NCBI GenBank assembly: GCA_039630545.1
Contig: JBCNUU010000001.1
Coordinates: 192,001-256,000, forward strand
Direction of reading: 5' to 3'
Length of the DNA: 64,000 nucleotides
Source: Endomicrobiia bacterium
GTDB taxonomy: Bacteria > Elusimicrobiota > Endomicrobiia > DTEH01
Under the pieces are notes generated by a model, which did not search any database, was not told the DNA's origin, and saw only the letters and a program-made list of their open reading frames with translations. A program made the translations under genes and the position numbers. Positions 12,769 to 21,965 of the stretch are shown piece after piece (the first letter of the stretch is position 1; the number at the start of each line of letters is the position of its first letter).

Positions 12769-13969
12769 AAAAAGATATTTTATTTTAATATTTCTTTTAT
12801 CGATGTGTGTTAGAATAGGATATTTATCTATTTCTAACTATCCAGATTATTCTTTGAGATTATATGATGCACCTTCTTGGGATGGAATTGCATGGAATTT
12901 GGTGTTGTCTAGAGGGTTTGTTGAACCTAACGATAAACCTACTTCCGTCCGTCCACCTATTTATCCTATATTCTTAGCTACCATCTATTATATTTTTGGC
13001 AGAAACTATTTCGTGATATATATTATTCAGAGTTTCATAAGTAGTCTTACCAATATGCTAATTTTTTTACTGTTTAATTATATCTTTAATACAAAAATAG
13101 CTTTCTTAACAGCTCTAATTACCAGTATATGGCCTGCCTTTGTGGTGTACAGTGGATTAATATGTTCTGAAACTTTATATGTTTTTTTATTTATACTTTT
13201 TCTGATTTTTTATTTTAAATCTTATGTTACTGACAACCTCAAGATGTATATATTGACTGGATGTATACTTGGAATTTTAAATTTGACTAGATCTACGATA
13301 TTTTTATATCCCATTTTTTTAATGTTTTTCTTTATGTTATTTAAATTAAATAAAAAAATTATTCTAAATAACTTAATTATGTTCTTGATAAGCTTAATAG
13401 TAATATCTCCCTGGACAGTAAGAAATTATCTTGTTTTTAAAAGATTTCTCTTGATAAACACAGCGGCAGCCGAATTGTTTTGGAGTGGTACTTATATCCC
13501 TTGGGATGGAATTTGTAGACACAACAGAGATGAGGATTTTTATAAACTTTTTAATTTAGAAAATCCAGTAGATAACGAAAGAAAGATGATAAAAGAAGGT
13601 ATAAAAAATATTATTTCAAATCCTTTAGGTTTTGTTATTTTAAGTGTAAAGAAATTTTATAGATTTTGGTTTAAACCTATAGGTTTTGAAATGTTGAGAA
13701 TTTTTGATTTCAAAATGTTCAGCTTTATAATTTTGTTTTTTCATGTTTTATTAGTTATAATTTGTTGGGTAGATATTTATTTAAATTTTTCTACAAAAAA
13801 AGAAAAATTTTTGCCGTGGCTGGTTTTATTTATATACTTTACAGTGATGCATAATATTTTAGCTCCAATTCCGAGATATAGGCTTCCATTGGAAGTAGTT
13901 ATGTTAGGTTTTAGCGTAAATGGTATACTTAGAATTTTCGGTTTGTATGAAGGAAAAAATAATAGATAG
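12755..13969 (+). CDS. GT-C (ArnT/PMT_2-like) membrane glycosyltransferase 1
   Basis: Multi-TM protein with first-loop YD, RPPIYPIFLA, SETL, PWTVRNY, PRYRLP. Confidence 0.85.
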   Translation: MLKNKKRYFILIFLLSMCVRIGYLSISNYPDYSLRLYDAPSWDGIAWNLVLSRGFVEPNDKPTSVRPPIYPIFLATIYYIFGRNYFVIYIIQSFISSLTNMLIFLLFNYIFNTKIAFLTALITSIWPAFVVYSGLICSETLYVFLFILFLIFYFKSYVTDNLKMYILTGCILGILNLTRSTIFLYPIFLMFFFMLFKLNKKIILNNLIMFLISLIVISPWTVRNYLVFKRFLLINTAAAELFWSGTYIPWDGICRHNRDEDFYKLFNLENPVDNERKMIKEGIKNIISNPLGFVILSVKKFYRFWFKPIGFEMLRIFDFKMFSFIILFFHVLLVIICWVDIYLNFSTKKEKFLPWLVLFIYFTVMHNILAPIPRYRLPLEVVMLGFSVNGILRIFGLYEGKNNR

Positions 13970-15590
13970 ACTGACTTTTTTAGTTGTGATTAGTGCTTTT
14001 TTGTTAAGAATTTGGAATATAAATTGGGGCTTACCATATATTTATAACACAGATGAGTATAAATTAGTAAATTATACTCTTAAAATGGGTGCTACTAGAA
14101 GTTTAAATCCTAAATTTTTTATTTATCCAAGTTTTTATCTTTACTTTATGCTTTTTGTATATTTTATAATATTTATTGTAGGGAAAATTCTTGGTTATTA
14201 TGCAAGTTCTATAGATTTTGGAATTAAGTTTTTAAAAGACCCATCAGTTATATATATTGCAACAAGAAGTTTTTCTGCGTTTTTTGGTTTTTTAGTAGTT
14301 TTATTTAGTTATATTTTGGCTAAAAAAATGTATGACAAAAAAATAGGAATTTTAACTGCTTTACAACTTACTTTTTTACCCAGTTTTGTAGAATATTCAC
14401 ATTACGCAAAAATTGAAATGTTTTCAACATTTTTAGTTGTAATTTTTGTTTATTTTCTTTATGAATATTTTATTCGTAATGAGATAAAATATCTCTATTT
14501 AAGTTGTTTATTTTTAGGATTAGCAATTTCATCAAGATATCTTCCTGCGGTGTGTATACCTGCAGTAATTTTTGTAATTTTTAAAAAGAAATTAAAGTTA
14601 AAATATTATGTTTTTTGTATTTTGATTATAATTTGTGCTTTTTTAATTGGTACACCGTTCGCTTTACTTGACTATAAAACTTTTTTTAAAGATGTCTTTT
14701 ATGGACATGCTATTGGAAATGAAGTTAAACGAAATTTTATGTATTCGTTATATTTAACTGTTGTTAAAAACTATCTTTTTTTAGGAAGTGAAACATTTAT
14801 ATTAGGCTTGTTAGGAATAAGTGGTGTTGTGTATTATATTCTGTTTAAGTCATCTTTTAAAGAAAAACTTTTATTAATAATTTTTTTTGGTTATTTTTTA
14901 ATAAGTGCTTTTCACTATCATACAGAATGGCATTATGTAGCAGGATCATATCCATTTTTGTGTATTTTAGCCTCAGTATTTGTAGAGAATTTTAGGAAAT
15001 ATAAATTTAGCCATAAACTTATTTTTGCTATTTATACTATTTTGTTGTTTATTGCAGCAATAGAATCTATCAAATTTGGCTTATCATTAGGTATTAAAGA
15101 TACACGTACTGAAGCTAAAGAGTGGATTGAAAACAACATACCATATGGAAGCAAAATTTTGATAGATATGCATACTTATTCACCTCAGATAAAAATGACA
15201 AAGTCACAACTTGAACTGCTTTACAAAAAAGCTGTTGAGTTAAATCATTATAAAAAAGAATATCTTTATTATCAAATTTTGGCACATCCCGGAGGAAATT
15301 ATGGATATGAAATTTATCAAGTATGGCGTCCTTTTCATGAAGTTTCCACGATAAAGCATGAAGTAGAAGAAGCACAAAAAATGCAGAGGCTTATTGACGT
15401 AAAAAAGGGATTAGATTATGTAAAAAGTTTAGGAATTCAGTATGTTATTATAAACAGCATAAACTATTCTGGATACCCACTTACTTTCTATAAAGAAGTT
15501 GAACAAAAAGGCTTACTTCTTAAAAAGTTTGTGCCTAAAAATAAATTTCAGCCTGGACCTACTATAAAAATTTATAAGATTCAATGGTAA
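13947..15590 (+). CDS. GT-C (ArnT/PMT_2-like) membrane glycosyltransferase 2
   Basis: WGLP...TDE first-loop motif, NPKFFIYPS, many TM segments and a soluble C-terminal domain. ATG at 13947. Confidence 0.85.
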   Translation: MKEKIIDRLTFLVVISAFLLRIWNINWGLPYIYNTDEYKLVNYTLKMGATRSLNPKFFIYPSFYLYFMLFVYFIIFIVGKILGYYASSIDFGIKFLKDPSVIYIATRSFSAFFGFLVVLFSYILAKKMYDKKIGILTALQLTFLPSFVEYSHYAKIEMFSTFLVVIFVYFLYEYFIRNEIKYLYLSCLFLGLAISSRYLPAVCIPAVIFVIFKKKLKLKYYVFCILIIICAFLIGTPFALLDYKTFFKDVFYGHAIGNEVKRNFMYSLYLTVVKNYLFLGSETFILGLLGISGVVYYILFKSSFKEKLLLIIFFGYFLISAFHYHTEWHYVAGSYPFLCILASVFVENFRKYKFSHKLIFAIYTILLFIAAIESIKFGLSLGIKDTRTEAKEWIENNIPYGSKILIDMHTYSPQIKMTKSQLELLYKKAVELNHYKKEYLYYQILAHPGGNYGYEIYQVWRPFHEVSTIKHEVEEAQKMQRLIDVKKGLDYVKSLGIQYVIINSINYSGYPLTFYKEVEQKGLLLKKFVPKNKFQPGPTIKIYKIQW

Positions 15591-17119
15591 AAAGAAAAAC
15601 AAAAATTGTATTTATAGTATATTTATGCATTTATCTATGTTGGCATTCGTTTTATTTAAGCAAATATCCTTTACCTAATACTGATGATGTGTGGTTAACA
15701 GAACCTGTTTGGAGACTATTTACATTTAAAAAATTTTCTTCTGTAATTTTTGGAAATGTTTATGATTTAGATAAAACAGATACATATCATGGTAGGCTTT
15801 ATAGTATTTTTCACTTTCCAATTTTATTATTTGGACTTGGAATATATCAAGCGAGATTATCTTCTTTGATAGCTGGTTTGATTGTTTTATACTTGACATT
15901 TCTTATTAGTAAAAAACTTTTTAATTTTAATATTGGAATACTTTCAACTTATTTTCTTTCTTTAACTTATTTATTTATCAATCTGACTCATAGAGTGCGT
16001 CAAGAAATGGCGCTGGTAAGTTTTTTGTTATTGTCGTTTTATTTTTTTAATCTTTCAATAAATACTATCTCCAAAAACAAAAAGAAAGTGTTAATTCTTA
16101 TATCTGGACTTTTTTCTTCATTATCAATTGATATTCATTTAAATGGAATTATAGTTGTTTTTACTATAACTTTGTTAGTTTTTTTAGAATTTTTTAAAAA
16201 AGTTAAGACGATAGAAATAGATGAAATAGTTTGGTTTGTTTTTGGTATTTTTTTAGGAATATTTTGGTGGATATATTCTCATGTTTTTATTAATTCTGAA
16301 GCGTTTTTTTGCCAACTTTATTGTATAGTACTTTCAAAACAGTTTATGCCAGGTTTATTAAAACTAACCTCAATATATGAGTTATTTAAAAAACTTTTTT
16401 ATGATTACTTTTATCAGTATTGGATAATGACAGGATTATATAGGGGAGTTTTAGAATATTTGTTAATTGTAGGATTAGTAATTTATTCCTTTTTTGTTAC
16501 ACAAAACAAAACATCAAAGTATATTGCTTGGATTATTACTATAATCTATTTTCTTCTTCCTTTATTTTCACGTGTTTCGCTAGACTACTGTTTCATATTT
16601 TATCCGTTTGTAGGCATGTTGTTTGGGTGTGTAGTGGCTAATTTATGGAGAAAACAAAAGTTTTTTGCAAAAACTTTGTTAATTGGTTTTGCAGTATTTT
16701 CTTTTTGTTTCAACATATTGCCTATTAGTGTTAGATACTTTAAAGTTAATTTTAATAATTATGCAAAAAGAGTGTGTAGTTTTCTCCCTGCCAATGCAAA
16801 AGTTTTTAGTGACCTTCCTATTTGGTTTTGCCGTACAGATATACAGTATTATCTTCATCATGGCTACTATTTTTACAGAAATAATAAGAATAAAAGTTTA
16901 AAAAATTTTTTTAATGAAAATCAAATAGAATATTTAGTGCTTTCTGAAGAAGACTTTAAGGGTAATTTAAATGAGTATCTTATTTATCAAAAAGATTTTT
17001 CAGAATTAAAATTAGAACTTATTGGTAAAGTAGAAGATAGATTTTTTGGCGGCAATTTTTCATATTGTGGTCTACATAAATTTCATACAACAGGAATATT
17101 TAAAGTAAGAAATGAGTGA
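15584..17119 (+). CDS. GT-C (ArnT/PMT_2-like) membrane glycosyltransferase 3
   Basis: TDD first-loop motif, QARLSS, RVRQE, many TM segments. Confidence 0.8.
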   Translation: MVKRKTKIVFIVYLCIYLCWHSFYLSKYPLPNTDDVWLTEPVWRLFTFKKFSSVIFGNVYDLDKTDTYHGRLYSIFHFPILLFGLGIYQARLSSLIAGLIVLYLTFLISKKLFNFNIGILSTYFLSLTYLFINLTHRVRQEMALVSFLLLSFYFFNLSINTISKNKKKVLILISGLFSSLSIDIHLNGIIVVFTITLLVFLEFFKKVKTIEIDEIVWFVFGIFLGIFWWIYSHVFINSEAFFCQLYCIVLSKQFMPGLLKLTSIYELFKKLFYDYFYQYWIMTGLYRGVLEYLLIVGLVIYSFFVTQNKTSKYIAWIITIIYFLLPLFSRVSLDYCFIFYPFVGMLFGCVVANLWRKQKFFAKTLLIGFAVFSFCFNILPISVRYFKVNFNNYAKRVCSFLPANAKVFSDLPIWFCRTDIQYYLHHGYYFYRNNKNKSLKNFFNENQIEYLVLSEEDFKGNLNEYLIYQKDFSELKLELIGKVEDRFFGGNFSYCGLHKFHTTGIFKVRNE

Positions 17120-17864
17120 TAAAGTTATATCGATAATAATACCTGTAAGAAACGAAGAAGATACAATAATTAATGTATTATCTTTGTTGATTTCAAAATT
17201 AGAAAAAGAAAATGTAAATTTTGAAATTATAGTTGTTAATGACTACAGTACGGATAGCACAAGAAAATTAATAGAAAGTTTTATTGAAAAAAATAGAAAG
17301 GTTAAATTGATAGACAACAAATTTCAGGCTGGATTTGGACATGCTATAAAATATGGTTTAGAAAACTTTAGTGGTGATTATGTAGTAATTTATATGGGGG
17401 ATGGATCTGATGATCCTGAAGATGTTGTGAAATATTATTATAAACTTCAAGAGGGCTACGATTGCGTGTTTGGTTCAAGATTTATTAAAGGAGCAAAGAT
17501 TAGTGGTTATCCTTTTGTAAAACTAATTTTTAACCGTTTAGGAAATTGGTTTATCAAATTTTTGTTTGGTATAAAATATAATGATGTTTCAAATGCGTTT
17601 AAAGCATATAGGCGAGAAGTAATAGAAAATATAAAACCACTTATTTCAAACTATTTTAACATTACAGTTGAAATTCCACTTAAGGCAATAGTTCGAGGAT
17701 ATAAATATACTGTAATACCTATTAAATGGTATGGAAGAACAAGTGGTGTGTCTAAATATAAACTTAAAGAATTACAGAAAAAATACTTGTTTTCTGTATT
17801 ATATGTATGGTTAGAAAAGGTTTTACTAAAAGAAGAATTAGATAGGAATGTCATTACAAAATAA
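17112..17864 (+). CDS. GT2 polyprenol-phosphate glycosyltransferase (DPM1/ArnC-like)
   Basis: IIIPVRNEE, VVNDYSTD, GFGHAIK, GDGSDDP, VFGSRF, DVSNAFKAYRR. Confidence 0.92.
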   Translation: MSDKVISIIIPVRNEEDTIINVLSLLISKLEKENVNFEIIVVNDYSTDSTRKLIESFIEKNRKVKLIDNKFQAGFGHAIKYGLENFSGDYVVIYMGDGSDDPEDVVKYYYKLQEGYDCVFGSRFIKGAKISGYPFVKLIFNRLGNWFIKFLFGIKYNDVSNAFKAYRREVIENIKPLISNYFNITVEIPLKAIVRGYKYTVIPIKWYGRTSGVSKYKLKELQKKYLFSVLYVWLEKVLLKEELDRNVITK

Positions 17865-18576
17865 AAATTTAGAAAAAATTTTTTTTGATAAATTTGGAGA
17901 ATCTGGTTACGAAGTATTCAAAACAGAAAGTTATATTAGATTTTTAAGATTTCTAAAAAATCTTGTTGTTCCACTAGAAGGTCAAAAATGCTTAGAGATA
18001 GGTTGTGGTAGTGGTGCTTTTACAAGATTTATTAAAAGTTTAAAGTTAGATATAACAGCATTAGATATCTCCTCTGAATGTATAAAATATGCTAAGCTAC
18101 ATATTCCAGAAGTTAATTTTCAGATCGGTGATATAGAAAATTTACATTTTAAAGATAACACATTTGACATCGTTATAAGTGGCGCAGTTATTCATCATTT
18201 TGCTAATGATCTTTATAAAGTATTTACACAAATCTATAGAGTTTTAAAAGTCAATGGCAAATTCTTTGCCTACGAACCAAATAGGAGAAATCCAATAATG
18301 TATTTATACAGAGATCCCTCTTCACCATTTTATTCACCAGTAGGTGTTACAAAAAATGAACGTCCATTAGATAAAAGTGAGTTAAAGAAGGCTTTGTATA
18401 AAGTAGGATTTTCAGAAGTTAAAATTTTTGCTACATCTGGTGTGTGTTATAAATATGTTGAAAGTAAATTTGCGTTAAAACTTTTACCATTATATAATTT
18501 GTGGGAAAAATTTTTAGGTATTACTCCTTTTGCAAAGGAATATGGTTCGTTTTTGATTATTTTTGCAATAAAATAA
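17848..18576 (+). CDS. class I SAM-dependent methyltransferase
   Basis: LEIGCGSG, GDIENLHFKDNTFD, VIHH, YEPN. Confidence 0.9.
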   Translation: MSLQNKNLEKIFFDKFGESGYEVFKTESYIRFLRFLKNLVVPLEGQKCLEIGCGSGAFTRFIKSLKLDITALDISSECIKYAKLHIPEVNFQIGDIENLHFKDNTFDIVISGAVIHHFANDLYKVFTQIYRVLKVNGKFFAYEPNRRNPIMYLYRDPSSPFYSPVGVTKNERPLDKSELKKALYKVGFSEVKIFATSGVCYKYVESKFALKLLPLYNLWEKFLGITPFAKEYGSFLIIFAIK

Positions 18577-18579
18577 GAT

Positions 18580-20153
18580 ATGAAAAAATATACTTTTATA
18601 GTGGTTATTATATTTTATGCTATATTTACATTGTTAGAATTTAAATTTCAGCCAGTTCCTGCTTATTGTGATGGCTACTGGTATATAAAGGTTGCACAAA
18701 ATATTGCAAATGGTAAAGGAATGGTTGAAGATATTGTTTTGTATCATTTTCCGCGGATAGAAAAAATGAAAAAATTTCCACATCCAATCGGTAATTACTG
18801 GAATCCATTAAATTCTATTATTCTTGCCGGATTTTACAAAATTTTTGGTATTACAAATTATACTTCAAGATTAGCTGCGTTTATAATTGATTTAATTGTT
18901 GTTTTGACAATTTTTTTTATTGCTAAAAAATTATTTTCTGATGACTTATTTATAGCTATTTTTTCATCCTTAATTTATATTGTGCATTATTATTCACTAA
19001 CTTTAAGAGCTTTTTCGGGATTACCAGAAACTTATACTACTTTGTTTTTAGTTCCAGCATTGTATTTTTTATATCTTTCGTTAACAAAAAGATGGGATTA
19101 TGTTATTCTATCTTCTTTATTTGGTGGTCTTTCATATTTATCCAGAAATGAGTCCGGAATTTATGTAATTTTATTATTAGTGTTATTTATATTAAGAAAA
19201 AAATATAAAGAAAATTTTAGGTGGTTTTTAACTGGTATTTTGATATTTTTGATTACAGTAAGTTGGTGGGAGATAAGAAATTTTGTTATTTTTGGCAAAT
19301 ATACAGGTGAAATGAAGAAAAATTTGTTGTTATGTAACGAATTTTTTGACTATATGTGTTTTAATAAGCAATGGACAATAAAAGAATGGTTATCAGATGG
19401 AATAATGAATGTTGTTATAAGAAAGTTTGCTTCTTTGCATTACAAGATAGATTCTTTTATTTCAATTGTTCATTGGATAGTTGGTACATTTTTGTTCTAT
19501 CCTTTATAAAATACAAAAATCATTTACTGCTTAAAATTGTAGCATTATATTTAGTTTTAACATATTTATCAGTTGGAATTTTATTTTCTTTTATGCAACG
19601 AGGTGGATGGCATGCACCATCCAATCTTTTACCATTAATTATTTTATTTGCAGTAGCAGGGATTAAAGATTTCATTTCTTATATAGGAGTTTCAAAAAAA
19701 TGGTTGTATTTTTTGGCTATTTTTGTTTTCATTTATTTTGTTGGAGGGAATGTTAAAAGATATAAGGATATCATTGTTGCTAATAGCGTGGATTTATATA
19801 AACAGGTAGCTGCTGACATTGTGGAATATTTTTCTTCACAGAAAATTAGTTCTCCTAAAATAATGGTTAATGACTCACCGATTATATGGTATTATACTAA
19901 CTATAACCTAATACAAATACCATTTGATAAAGATATTGATTCCCTAAAAAAAGCTATTAGATATTATGAACCTAATTATCTAATACTTACGGGATACTAT
20001 CCTGTATCAACTCGCCGAATTTATATGGGCGAGGAGACAGATGAAAGTTTATTGCTGGTTTACTCTAAAAAGTATCCGTTTCAGATACCTGTAACTGATG
20101 GCAATGGTGGTTATGAATTAAAAATTTACAAAATTCTATATGATAAGTTATGA
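18580..20153 (+). pseudogene. GT-C membrane glycosyltransferase 4, split by a -1 frameshift (pseudogene or assembly indel)
   Basis: ORFs 18580-19509 and 19371-20153 join into one protein of about 524 aa if one T is added to the T5 run at 19489-19493. Motifs CDGYWY, YLSRNE, WWEIRN. Confidence 0.75.
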
Positions 20154-21809
20154 AAAAATTTCTAAGGATATATTGGTTAGAATCTATAATTTTGTTTTTT
20201 TCTTTTATTATTAAAATTACTGGTATCAATTATGGATTACCTTATTCTTATCATACAGAAGAATATAAGATAGTAAACTATGCTTTAAAATTTGGTACTG
20301 GAGATTTTAATCCACGTTTTTTTGAATATCCATCTTTATATCTGTATTTTATATTCTTTATTTATGGTATTATATTTGTGATTGGTAAGGTTTTAGATTT
20401 TTACAAATCAGTCTCAGATTTTGCATTGTTGTATTTTAGGAACCCTACTATATTTTATCTTTCAGGCAGAATAATATCTTCCATTTTTGGCACTTTGTCT
20501 GTGTTAATATTATATTTTATTGTAAAAAAAATTTACGATAGAAAAACTGCTATAATTTCTATGTTATTATTTTCTGTAGTGCCTTCTGTTGTTGTTTCTT
20601 GTAAAATTGTTAGAATAGAAATGGCGTTAATTTTTACATCATTAGTCTTCTTTTGTTTTTTTTTAAAGACGTTTTATGATAGAGAAGATAAAGATAGTAA
20701 TTGATCACATTGTGCCATCTTGTGGGTATAGGCACTTCATAAAATATATACCTGCAATTTTTTTACCTCTTATATTTTATGTTCATTTTTTAAAAAGGAA
20801 AAAGTTAATTAATAAAACTACAATAATATGTTGTTTACTTTTTATTTTATCTTTTATTTTAGGCACACCTTATTCTGTTTTTGATTTTAGGACATTTATA
20901 CAGGATATAAAAGGCTTGTCAGTAAGTTCTTACGGAAGACAAATATCATATATTAAAAATTTTTTTACAGTGATGTCACATTATCTTTATATAGGGAATG
21001 AAAAAACTTCTTTATTTCCATTTTTAGGTCTTATTGGTTGGGGTGTTTTTGTGATTATGTTGTATGAGTTTATTAAATTTAAACAATATGTAAATTTTTT
21101 ATTACTTTATCCTATATTAGCAAATGCAATATTAGTTATAAGACATTATTTTCCAGGGAAAGGTTTTTTGTTTGTTTCCTTTCCATATTTTATAATTCTA
21201 ACATCTTATGGTTTAAGCAAGATATTAGAAAGAAATAAGTTATTTTTTGTTATTATATTTATGTTGAGTTTTATGCCTTCTTTAGTAGAAAGTATTTTTT
21301 ATAATATTTATTATTCACAGAAAGATACCCGCACATTAGCACTTGAATGGATTGAAAAGAATATTCCTCCAGGAGAAAAAATTCTTATAGATAGGTATCC
21401 AAACTCTCCACCGCTTAAAATGACAAAACAGCAACTTGAGAAACTCTATAAAAAAGCGGTTGAACTTAATCATTACAAAAAAGAGTATTTCTACTGGCAA
21501 TTAAAAGCACATCCGGGTGAAGGATATGGATATGAAGTTTATGAAGTTTACCACCCACCACATGAAATCGGGACTATTAAGCATCAGGTAGAAGAGGCAC
21601 AGAAAGTTAGAGAAATTATTGATGTTTCTTATGGTATAGAATATGTAAAACAACTTGGTATAAAATATATCATTCTTAATAGTTTTTCTGAAACAGAATT
21701 TACAAAAAAATTTTATCAAGAAGTTAAACAAAAATGTTTACTTTTTAAGAAATTCAAACCTAAGACAGAGCTTTATCCAGGTCCTATCATATGGATTTAT
21801 AGGACATAA
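20150..21809 (+). pseudogene. GT-C membrane glycosyltransferase 5 (paralog of 13947-15590), disrupted near 20700-20740
   Basis: The N-part (YGLP...TEEYK, NPRFFEYPS) and C-part (LYKKAVELNHYKKEY) align colinearly with the intact paralog. The frame breaks at about 20700-20740. Confidence 0.8.
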
Positions 21810-21965
21810 AATCTTCAAGTTTGTGATTTTTAAGTTTCGCTTTATAAATCCTTAGGTGTTTAATAGTAGATTAAAAAAATACTTCAATATTATTGAAATT
21901 AACTCTATAATTATGTAATAAACAACTTTAAGTTGATTTAATTAAACATCAAAGGAAAAATTTAT

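Noticed and set aside
20702..20704. TGA recoding (selenocysteine or an alternative genetic code)
   Set aside because: Readthrough meets a TAG shortly after and similarity continues in other frames. TGA acts as a normal stop elsewhere (e.g. asnB, ychF).
5642..21809. Canonical arn (L-Ara4N) operon
   Set aside because: ArnB-, ArnC- and ArnT-like folds are present, but there is no ArnA formyltransferase, ArnD or ArnE/F, and there are five GT-C genes.
21810..21965. T-box riboswitch upstream of leuS
   Set aside because: The region is only 156 nt and has no GGTGGNACC T-box motif or terminator.
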